Assembly (NCBI GenBank): GCA_013694495.1
Contig: JACDCH010000546.1
Location: forward strand, 1 to 44,890
Direction: 5' to 3'
Length of the DNA stretch: 44,890 bases
From: Acidimicrobiia bacterium
Lineage (GTDB): Bacteria; Actinomycetota; Acidimicrobiia; Acidimicrobiales; JACDCH01
Shown piece after piece: positions 15,271-23,483 of this stretch (positions are counted from its first letter, which is position 1; every line of letters begins with the position of its first letter). A program made the translations under genes and the position numbers. The notes beneath the pieces are model-generated. The model ran no database searches and was not told the origin of the DNA. It was given only the letters and a program-made list of their open reading frames with translations.

Positions 15271-17966
15271 AGCGCAAGCTCATCGAGGTGGCCCTACCGC
15301 TCGACATCATCAACGCCCAGTCGGCGCGCGAGAAGTCGATCCGCCACGGCCATCCCTCGACGCTGCACCTGTGGTGGGCCCGTCGGCCGCTCGCGGCTTG
15401 CCGAGCCGTGCTGTTTGCCCAGCTGGTCGACGACCCGTCGTCCGACCCCGACCACTTCCCCACCGAGGAGGCGCAGGACGCCGAGCGGCAGCGGCTGTTC
15501 CGCATCCTGGAGCGGCTCGTCCCGTGGGAGGCCCTCACCGACGAGGCCGTGCTCGCCGAGGCCAACGCGGAGATCCGGCGATCATGCGGCGACGAGCTCC
15601 CCACCGTTCTCGACCCGTTCGCAGGGGGAGGCTCGATCCCTCTCGAGGCGCAGCGGCTCGGCCTGTCCGCCGTGGCGAACGACCTGAACCCAGTCGCGGT
15701 GCTCATCAACAAGGCCCTCATCGAGATCCCGCCGGTTTTTGGCGGCCGGCCGCCCATCCATCCCGACGCCGAACGGCGCACCCGATGGGCCGGCGCAGAG
15801 GGCCTCGCAGAGGATGTTCGGCGCTACGGGCAATGGATGAGCGACGAGGCCGAGACGCGCATCGGCGCAAACTACCCGTCTGCGACCACCCCCGGCGGCG
15901 CCTCTACCGTCATCGCCTGGATCTGGGCCCGCACCGCCACCTGTTCGAACCCGGCCTGCCGGGGCACGATGCCATTGCTCAACTCCTATGCCCTGTCCAG
16001 GAAGAAGGGACGGGAGGCGTGGCTCGACCCGGTCGTCGATAGGGAGACGAAGACGGTGACCTTCCGAATCGGCACCGGCGCCGGTTGCCCACCAGGTGGG
16101 ACGGTGTCGCGGACGGGAGCGACCTGTCTGATCTGCGGAACGAACGTGCCGTTGGCCCACGTCCGCGCCGAGGGCAAGGCCGGTCGCATGGGAGCGCAGC
16201 TCGTGTGCACGGTGGCCGACGGGCCCCGTCAGCGCGTGTACCTGCCCGCCGACCCAGTGCACGCCGATGCCGCCAGGGTGACGGTGACGGACGCCGCACC
16301 AGACACGGACCTGCCCGAGCAGGCGCTCGGGTTCCGCGTCCAGGGCTACGGGATCACCAAACACCGCCAGCTCTTCACCGATCGCCAGCTCGTCGCGCTC
16401 ACGACGTTCGTGGACGTGCTCGGCGGCCTGCGGGCCCGAGCCCTTGCCGACGGCGCTGACGAACGGTACGCCGACGCGCTCGTCACCTACCTCTCCCTCG
16501 GCATCGGCCGGCTCGCGAACCGGTGCTCGTCGCAGTGCTTCTGGGACCCAGGTGGGGAGGGCGTCATGCAGGTCTTCGCCCGCAACGCGCTGCCGATGGT
16601 GTGGGTCTTCGCCGAGGCCAACCCGTTCTCGGAGGCGTCGGGCAACTTCACCGGCCAGCTCGAGTACCTGGCCAACGCCCTGGAACGGGTACCGGCTCGC
16701 GGCCACGGGACCGCGGCGCAGGCCGACGCAGCCCACCCGCCGGCCCGCGAGCGGATGGTCATTGCCACTGACCCGCCCTACTACGACAACGTCCCCTACG
16801 CCGACCTCTCGGACTTCTTTTACGTGTGGCTCCGACAGTGCCTCTCCACCGTCCACCCCGAGCTGTTCGGCACGGTCCTGGTGCCAAAGGCCGAAGAGCT
16901 CATCGCCGAGCCGGCTCGCCAGGGCTCCTGGGACGAGGCGGCATCGTTCTTCGAGACGGGCCTACGGACGGTGTTCGCCCGGATCCTCGACACGCAGGTC
17001 GAGGGCATCCCGTTCACGGTCTTCTACGCGTTCAAGCAGTCTGAGGCGGTCGAAGACGTAGAAGGCAACATCGAGCGGGCGTCGACGGGCTGGGAGACGA
17101 TGTTGCAGGGTCTGCTCGACGCCGGTGCAATGATCACCGGGACCTGGCCGATGCGTACCGAGCAGCCCGGCGGGTTGCGCGAGGTCGGCCGCAGTGCGCT
17201 CGCCTCGTCCATCGTGCTGGTCTGCCGGCCGCGCGAGGTGCACGCCGGCATGACCGACCGGCGGGGCTTCCTCACGGCCTTGCGGGCCGAGCTCCCTCAG
17301 GCGCTGCGCGACCTGCAGAAAGGGAACACCGCGCCGGTCGATCTGGCCCAGGCCTCGATCGGCCCCGGCATGGCCGTGTACTCCCGCTACGCCAAGGTCG
17401 TCGAGCCTGACGGCAGCCCCATGCGCGTGAGGGCCGCGCTGGGACTGATCAACCAGACCCTCGATGAGGTCCTCTCCGAGCTCGACGCCGACTTCGACCC
17501 CCGCACGCGCTGGGCCGTGAAGTGGTTTGAGCAGTTCGGCTTCGACGAGGGTCCCTCCGGCCAGGCCGACGTCCTCTTCACGGCCACGGCCACTTCCCTC
17601 GACGGCGTGAAACGAGCCGGCATCGCCGGCTCGTCACCGGGGAAGGTGTGGCTCCTGGGGCGACCCGACCTACCGGCGGACTGGGATCCGACCACCGACA
17701 CCATCACACCGGTATGGGAGGTGACTATGCACCTGCTCAAGCGCCTCGAGGAACGTGGCGAGGCCGCCGCCGGCGGACTGCTCTCCCAGGTCGGCGGCGT
17801 CGGCGACACTGCCCGGGAGCTCGCCTACCGACTGTTCGCGATCTGCTCGAACCGGAAATGGGCAAGCGAGGCGCTCGCCCTCAACGGTCTCGTCACCTCC
17901 TGGCCGGAGATCGCCCGCCTCGCGGCCTCCGGTTCGAGGAACGCCGAGCAAGGAACACTTCTTTGA
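15267..17966 (+). CDS. DUF1156-type DNA methyltransferase (DPPY, N6A/N4C class) with internal zinc ribbon
   Basis: Start re-called at GTG 15267 (VKRKLIEVALPLD) within ORF 14913..17966. DUF1156 signature: HGHPSTLHLWWARRPLAACRAV. SAM motif: VLDPFAGGGSIPLEA (about 15608-15650). Catalytic motif: ATDPPYYDNVPY (DPPY at 16770-16781). Also CSNPAC...CLICG. Confidence 0.9.
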   Translation: MKRKLIEVALPLDIINAQSAREKSIRHGHPSTLHLWWARRPLAACRAVLFAQLVDDPSSDPDHFPTEEAQDAERQRLFRILERLVPWEALTDEAVLAEANAEIRRSCGDELPTVLDPFAGGGSIPLEAQRLGLSAVANDLNPVAVLINKALIEIPPVFGGRPPIHPDAERRTRWAGAEGLAEDVRRYGQWMSDEAETRIGANYPSATTPGGASTVIAWIWARTATCSNPACRGTMPLLNSYALSRKKGREAWLDPVVDRETKTVTFRIGTGAGCPPGGTVSRTGATCLICGTNVPLAHVRAEGKAGRMGAQLVCTVADGPRQRVYLPADPVHADAARVTVTDAAPDTDLPEQALGFRVQGYGITKHRQLFTDRQLVALTTFVDVLGGLRARALADGADERYADALVTYLSLGIGRLANRCSSQCFWDPGGEGVMQVFARNALPMVWVFAEANPFSEASGNFTGQLEYLANALERVPARGHGTAAQADAAHPPARERMVIATDPPYYDNVPYADLSDFFYVWLRQCLSTVHPELFGTVLVPKAEELIAEPARQGSWDEAASFFETGLRTVFARILDTQVEGIPFTVFYAFKQSEAVEDVEGNIERASTGWETMLQGLLDAGAMITGTWPMRTEQPGGLREVGRSALASSIVLVCRPREVHAGMTDRRGFLTALRAELPQALRDLQKGNTAPVDLAQASIGPGMAVYSRYAKVVEPDGSPMRVRAALGLINQTLDEVLSELDADFDPRTRWAVKWFEQFGFDEGPSGQADVLFTATATSLDGVKRAGIAGSSPGKVWLLGRPDLPADWDPTTDTITPVWEVTMHLLKRLEERGEAAAGGLLSQVGGVGDTARELAYRLFAICSNRKWASEALALNGLVTSWPEIARLAASGSRNAEQGTLL

Positions 17967-17988
17967 TGATGAGTGCGGAGGGGGCGCC

Positions 17989-18303
17989 ATGAGTATCTCG
18001 CTGCAGCGCGCCGAGGAACTGCTCCTGCGAGCGGTGGGGATTCTGGCCACCGACCCGGGCGAGGTCCGCGCCCGGCTTCACCACGCTCGCGAGGACCTGT
18101 TCGAACTCGACGAGATCGCCGCCCAGACTGAGCCGGACGGCGCCCCGTACCTCGCGGAGCTGAACGCTCGCATCGCCGCAGTGCGCTCAACCCTCGCTGG
18201 TGGGGGCGTCATGGACCTGAGCGAGGACCAGGGCGTCGAGTGCGCGAAGGAAGTTCTCGACATCTACCTCAGCGTCCGAGCATTTCGGAAGGACGTTCCC
18301 TAA
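17989..18303 (+). CDS. 104-aa helical hypothetical protein
   Basis: ATG 17989 is preceded by GGAGGGGG. Its stop overlaps the next start (TAATG at 18301-18305). Codon bias fits. No family recognised. Confidence 0.5.
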   Translation: MSISLQRAEELLLRAVGILATDPGEVRARLHHAREDLFELDEIAAQTEPDGAPYLAELNARIAAVRSTLAGGGVMDLSEDQGVECAKEVLDIYLSVRAFRKDVP

Positions 18304-21300
18304 TGACCGGGCCCAGCAACCGGGATCGCGTCGGGAAGGCGTTCGAGCACCTTGGCGAGGGCTTGCGGCCGTACGTCGACCGCCGGATGACCAAGAAGTC
18401 GCCGCTGAAGGAGCGTTGGTGGCCGGAGTGGGCGAACCGCTCCCGCGGTGACGCCTCGATGGACGATCCGGCGGAGCTCCTCAAGGTGATGGCCGACTGC
18501 TGGGACCTGGCGTTCCGTGATGAGCTCACCCGTACCGACCGCAATGTCGTGTTCACGCTGCGGGACACCCGCAACAAGTGGGCGCACAACGGCAAGTTCG
18601 ATCTCGACGACGCCTACCGGGCCCTCGACGGCATCGAGGTGTTGCTCCGGGCGATCGACGCCAGCGAGGCCGAGGTCGTCGGCGAGTCGAAGGACGAGCT
18701 GATGCGCCTGCGTTACGCGTCAGATGCGAAGACGGCGACTAAGCAGGAGGTGCTCATCGCCGCGCCACCCGCCGGGCTGACGCCGTGGCGGGAAGTGATG
18801 GTCCCCCACGAGGACGTGGCCGCTGGTCGCTTCAACCAGGCCGAGTTCGCGGCCGATCTGTGGCAGGTCCAGTCCGGGCAGGGACGCGCTGAGTACGTCG
18901 ACCCCATCGAGTTCTTCCGTCGCACCTTCCTGACCGAGGGGCTGCGCACGCTTCTCTCGGAGGCCGCGCTCCGACTCACCTCGTCCGGTGGCGTGCCGGT
19001 GGTCGACCTGCAGACGAACTTCGGTGGCGGCAAGACCCACAGCCAGATCGCTCTCTGGCACCTGTTCTCGGGAACACCACTCGAATCGTTCCCCGACGAG
19101 GTGCGGTCGCTCCTGGCGTCCGAAGGGGTGACGTCGCTGCCTTTTGCGCGCCGGGCGGTGCTTGTGGGCACGAAGGTCCCCCCCGGTCAAGTGACCGTTA
19201 AGCCCGATGGCACCGAGACCCGGACGCTCTGGGGTGAGCTGGCCTGGCAGCTCGGCGGACCGGAGGGGTTCGCCCTAGTTGCGGAGTCCGACCGGACGGC
19301 AACCAACCCCGGCGAGGCGCTCAACCGGCTCCTCGAGCAGTGCTCCCCCTGCCTCATCCTCATCGACGAGTGGGTGGCTTACGCCCGGCAGCTCTCCGAC
19401 ACGAGGGAGGAGGTCGTCGGCGGCAGCTTCGACACGCAGTTCACCTTCGCCCAGGCCCTTACTGAGGCCGCCCGAGCGGTGCCCGGGGCCCTGCTCGTCG
19501 TGTCTCTACCGGCATCGGAGGGCACCGGTGACGCTGGGATCGGCTCCGACATCGAGGTCGGAGGCGCCGGCGGTCGGGAGGCGCTACGGAAGCTGCGGCT
19601 GGTCATCGGACGCATGGAATCGTCGTGGCGACCCGCCACCGCTGAGGAGAGCTTCGAGATCGTTCGCCGCCGGCTGTTCCGGCCGATCGAGCCGGGCCGC
19701 GAGGCCGCCCGCGACGCCACCGCCCAGGCGTTCGGCCGGATGTACCAGAAGGAGGCGTCGGAGTTCCCCAACGAGTGCCGGGAGCCGGCGTACGTCGACC
19801 GGATGAAGGCGGCGTACCCGATCCACCCTGAGCTGTTCGCCCGGCTTTACGAGGACTGGTCGACCCTCGATCGCTTCCAACGCACCCGGGGCGTGCTGCG
19901 GCTGATGGCTTCGGTGATCCACGCCCTGTGGGAGGCCGGCGACCAGTCACCGCTCATCCTCCCGTCTTCGATCCCCCTGGCTGACGCAGCCGTGTCGGCC
20001 GAGCTCACCCGCAACCTCGACGACCAGTGGAAGCCGATCATCGACCACGACATCGACGGCCCGGGCTCCGTCCCCGTCGCCCTCGACCGCGAGCTAGCCG
20101 GCACGCTCGGCAAGTTCCAGGCCGCTCGGCGCGTGGCACGCTGCATCTTCCTCGGGTCGGCGCCTACCGTTCGGTCGGCCAACCGCGGCATCGACCCCGC
20201 CCGCATCCGCCTCGGCTGCGTCCTGCCGTCGGAGGGCATCGCCACCTACGGCGATGCCCTGTCCCGGCTCTCAGGCCGGGCCACCTACCTGTACGCCGAC
20301 GGCGGCCGCTACTGGTTCGGGGTCCAACCGTCAGTGGCTCGCGTCGCTCGCGACCGCGCCGAGCGCTACCTCAACCAGCAGCGTGACGAGCTGCACATGG
20401 AGATCGTCCGCCGGCTGCGGGCGGCGCAGAGCGAGCCGGGCGAGTTCCGGGCCGTGCACCCGCCAGCGTCGAGTTCAGCCGACATTCCCGACGAGGCCGA
20501 GACCCGACTTGTCATCCTCGGTCCCGATCATCCCCACATCGCCCGCTCCGACAACAGCGCGGCCCTCGCCGCCGCCGCCGAGATCCTGGAGCGCCGGGGC
20601 GCAGCGCCGAGGGATCACCGCAACTGTGTGGTGTTCCTGGCACCGGACCACAAGCGCCTCGATGAGCTCGAGCAGGCTGTCGCCGACTACCTGGCCTGGT
20701 CGTCGGTCGACGCCGAGCGCGGCGAGGACGGCCTGAACCTCGATCCGAACCAGGCTCGGCAGGCGTCGACCAAGCGCGATGACAGCGACCGGGCGGTGAC
20801 GATCCGGCTGGCCGAGACCTACCAATGGGTGCTGGTCCCCACCCAGCTCGACCCGCTGGGGCCGGTCAGCTGGGACAAGGTCAAGGTCGACGGACAGGGC
20901 GGACTCGCCGTTCGCGCCAGCAGGAAGCTCGTCAACGAGGCGCACCTATACACCCAGTTCGCCCCAGCGCTCCTCCGCCAGCGCCTCGACGGCGAGCTCG
21001 CCTCGCTCTGGACCGACGGGCACGTCAGCGTCAACAAACTGTGGGACGCGTTCTCCCGATACCTCTATCTCCCTCGACTCCGCGACCCGGCCGTCCTCCT
21101 GTCATCGGTCGGAGCCGGTGCGGCCAGCGTCATGTGGCAAGCCGAGGGCTTCGCGACTGCGGATGCTTACGACGAGGCCACAAGCCGTTACCTCGGCCTG
21201 ACCGTCGGGGGGCTGGCGAACCCCATTACCTCCACCCTGGTGGTCGTCCCGGACCGAGCTGCCGCGCAGATGGACGCCGACCGCACACGAGCCGCGGCCA

Positions 21301-21635
21301 CCGGCGGATCGGTTGAAGCCGGCGAGGACGATCCGACGACCGGAGAGACAAGCAGCGCAAGTGGTGAGGTTGCTCCGCCTGGTCCGGCGGTGCCGACGAA
21401 GCCCACCCGGTTCCACGCCGCAGTCAACCTCGATCCCGAGCGTCTGAACCGTGACTTCGGAAAAGTCTCGGCTGAAGTAATCGCCCACCTGACGAGCCTT
21501 CTCGGCACTGATGTGACGATCACGGTCGAGATCGGCGCGACGAACACCGAGGGCTTCGCGGACACGACTGTGCGCAACGTGACGGAGAATGCGAAGACCC
21601 TCAAATTCACCGACTACGGCTTCGAGGACCGATGA
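18303..21635 (+). CDS. Swt1-like HEPN domain fused to a DUF499 P-loop ATPase
   Basis: Start re-called at MTGPSNRDRVGKAFEHL within ORF 18240..21635. HEPN motif: TLRDTRNKWAHNGKF (R-x4-H at 18570-18587). P-loop: NFGGGKTHSQ. The long C-terminal region is typical of DUF499 proteins. Confidence 0.85.
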   Translation: MTGPSNRDRVGKAFEHLGEGLRPYVDRRMTKKSPLKERWWPEWANRSRGDASMDDPAELLKVMADCWDLAFRDELTRTDRNVVFTLRDTRNKWAHNGKFDLDDAYRALDGIEVLLRAIDASEAEVVGESKDELMRLRYASDAKTATKQEVLIAAPPAGLTPWREVMVPHEDVAAGRFNQAEFAADLWQVQSGQGRAEYVDPIEFFRRTFLTEGLRTLLSEAALRLTSSGGVPVVDLQTNFGGGKTHSQIALWHLFSGTPLESFPDEVRSLLASEGVTSLPFARRAVLVGTKVPPGQVTVKPDGTETRTLWGELAWQLGGPEGFALVAESDRTATNPGEALNRLLEQCSPCLILIDEWVAYARQLSDTREEVVGGSFDTQFTFAQALTEAARAVPGALLVVSLPASEGTGDAGIGSDIEVGGAGGREALRKLRLVIGRMESSWRPATAEESFEIVRRRLFRPIEPGREAARDATAQAFGRMYQKEASEFPNECREPAYVDRMKAAYPIHPELFARLYEDWSTLDRFQRTRGVLRLMASVIHALWEAGDQSPLILPSSIPLADAAVSAELTRNLDDQWKPIIDHDIDGPGSVPVALDRELAGTLGKFQAARRVARCIFLGSAPTVRSANRGIDPARIRLGCVLPSEGIATYGDALSRLSGRATYLYADGGRYWFGVQPSVARVARDRAERYLNQQRDELHMEIVRRLRAAQSEPGEFRAVHPPASSSADIPDEAETRLVILGPDHPHIARSDNSAALAAAAEILERRGAAPRDHRNCVVFLAPDHKRLDELEQAVADYLAWSSVDAERGEDGLNLDPNQARQASTKRDDSDRAVTIRLAETYQWVLVPTQLDPLGPVSWDKVKVDGQGGLAVRASRKLVNEAHLYTQFAPALLRQRLDGELASLWTDGHVSVNKLWDAFSRYLYLPRLRDPAVLLSSVGAGAASVMWQAEGFATADAYDEATSRYLGLTVGGLANPITSTLVVVPDRAAAQMDADRTRAAATGGSVEAGEDDPTTGETSSASGEVAPPGPAVPTKPTRFHAAVNLDPERLNRDFGKVSAEVIAHLTSLLGTDVTITVEIGATNTEGFADTTVRNVTENAKTLKFTDYGFEDR

Positions 21636-21669
21636 GGCAGCTCACCGCACGCTGGCTGGAGGGCTGGCA

Positions 21670-22191
21670 ATGGCACTGACCATTGGGTCCAACCCGCACC
21701 AGGGTCATCACGCCGAGGGAATGCTCGCCGCCCTGGCTGCATCGGCTGGTCTGGACATTCAGGTTCCGCGGTTGGGTTACGCGATCGACATGTCGATCTT
21801 CAACCCGGGCCCCAATGGCACATCCGGAAGTCGACAGATCACGGTCCAAGTCAAGAGCTGGTCGACCGGGAGCCTTCACGACGACGGGACGTTCCACTAT
21901 CCGCTCAAGTGCTCCGCCTTCAACTACCTCGCAGGCGGTGGCCATGACGTCCGCCACTACCTCGTGCTGTGCATCGTCCCGGCCGATGGCAACGACTACG
22001 CCGACGCCGGCGCCGATCGCCTGAAGCTTCGCCAAGCCCTGTACTGGCATTCGCTGCACAACGACACGCCCGACGACAACCTTGATCCCGAGAGCACGAA
22101 GACCGTCTACGTGCCTCGGACGAACATGCTCACGCCGGTCACCCTGCGCTACCTCGTCGATCACAACGAAGCGCTGGCGGTCGTGCCATGA
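21670..22191 (+). CDS. DUF4365-like PD-(D/E)xK nuclease-fold protein (173 aa)
   Basis: ATG 21670 lies downstream of GGAGGG and within ORF 21589..22191. The layout HAEGMLAALAASAGL ... GYAIDMSIF ... ITVQVKSW ... YLVLCIVP ... ALYWHSL fits the E / D / QxK pattern that I associate with DUF4365. Confidence 0.55.
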   Translation: MALTIGSNPHQGHHAEGMLAALAASAGLDIQVPRLGYAIDMSIFNPGPNGTSGSRQITVQVKSWSTGSLHDDGTFHYPLKCSAFNYLAGGGHDVRHYLVLCIVPADGNDYADAGADRLKLRQALYWHSLHNDTPDDNLDPESTKTVYVPRTNMLTPVTLRYLVDHNEALAVVP

Positions 22192-23354
22192 GGGTGCGCG
22201 TACTCGATCCCAGCGCGCTCGCAAGCCCCGGTGCACGGCGGATACGTCTGTATCTTCGACTCAACGGCTGGGCGCAGGAGACGACCGACCAGGGCGGCCC
22301 CGACGTCTGGGGCCGTCAGGCAGAAGGCGATGTCTACGAGGTCATCGCACCATCTCAGACGGCACGGGACTTCACGTCCCGGGTTTCGGAGCTGCTGCAC
22401 ACGCTGTCGGTCGTTGAGGACCGATCGGAGTCCGACGTCCTCCGTGACTTGCTCACCGTCACGTTCGACGTGCAGTACCTCCGTACCGGGCACGAGGGAC
22501 CTCCCGGAACAGCGCCGCTCCGCGACGCCGCCGATGCAGTCGCGGCAGCGCACAATCTGCTTGCGTCCGCGACCGCTGCGTTGGAAGAACCTCGCCTGGT
22601 GCAGCCGAGCCGACGGCCGGCCAAGACCACCGACTTCATGCGGAAGGTTCTTGCAGGGCCGACATCGGTCGGCAGTTTCGTGATCTCTACTTGGGTGCCC
22701 ATTCCACCCCGGCTGTCGCCGGAGGAGGACCAAGTCCTCTTCGACGACCCGAATGAGCCGTTCGAGCGCCAGGCAACGAGGCATCTGAGTCGTGCGCTCG
22801 CCGCAGCGCAGCAGGCCAGCGACGAGGCGCTGTCCTCGGACGCGGGGCTCGATGCCTTCCTCGCTGGTGAACAGGACGGCCTCAGCGCCAATCTCTGCGA
22901 GGCACTGGTGGCACTGGCGGGCGAACAGGAGGTGCCGCTGGGGATCACACTGGCTTGGGCCCTCGACCGCCCGATGCAGCACCTGCCATCCGAGTTCAGT
23001 TTCCCGACTGAGTCGATCTCAGTGCTGCGCGAGGCGGCACGCGAACTGCGCCAACGGCTACCCGAAGAGGTAGTTCGGGTGCGAGGAAATGTCGTACGCC
23101 TCCACCGTGACGCCGTTTCCGGCGCGGGTGACGTCACCATCGCCGGCATCGTGTCGGGTGACGATCTGGGCAAGCTTCGCCGAATCTCCGCATCTCTGGC
23201 GGAGGAGGACTACGAGCAAGCAATCGAGGCGCACCAGCAGTTCTCCGACGTAGAGATCGTCGGCGAGCTGTACCAACGGGGCACCCGGACGCACCTTCGG
23301 GATGCCCGAGGCTTCGCGGTCCATCCCGCCGCGGACGAGCATCCAGGCTCGTAG
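22188..23354 (+). CDS. 388-aa hypothetical protein, no recognisable family
   Basis: ATGA overlap with the preceding gene. Good G/C third-position bias. No P-loop, TM segment or catalytic motif found by eye. Confidence 0.65.
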   Translation: MRVRVLDPSALASPGARRIRLYLRLNGWAQETTDQGGPDVWGRQAEGDVYEVIAPSQTARDFTSRVSELLHTLSVVEDRSESDVLRDLLTVTFDVQYLRTGHEGPPGTAPLRDAADAVAAAHNLLASATAALEEPRLVQPSRRPAKTTDFMRKVLAGPTSVGSFVISTWVPIPPRLSPEEDQVLFDDPNEPFERQATRHLSRALAAAQQASDEALSSDAGLDAFLAGEQDGLSANLCEALVALAGEQEVPLGITLAWALDRPMQHLPSEFSFPTESISVLREAARELRQRLPEEVVRVRGNVVRLHRDAVSGAGDVTIAGIVSGDDLGKLRRISASLAEEDYEQAIEAHQQFSDVEIVGELYQRGTRTHLRDARGFAVHPAADEHPGS

Positions 23355-23483
23355 CCGCACAAGTTCGACGATGGTTGCGACCCTCTCCTGGCTCGACGTC
23401 TCGGCTGGGCACCAGCGCCGGGTGCGCGACCTCATCCGGCTCTTCGAGGAACTGGGGACGCGGACCCTTCCGGAACTCGACGA

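Noticed and set aside
9060-21635. Classifying the helicase/methylase locus as DISARM or BREX
   Set aside because: No DUF1998 (DrmB) or DrmA-type helicase and no PLD nuclease, which excludes DISARM. No PglZ phosphatase, BrxC-type ATPase or Lon-like protease, which excludes BREX. Only the SNF2 (DrmD-like) and DUF1156 methylase components are shared.
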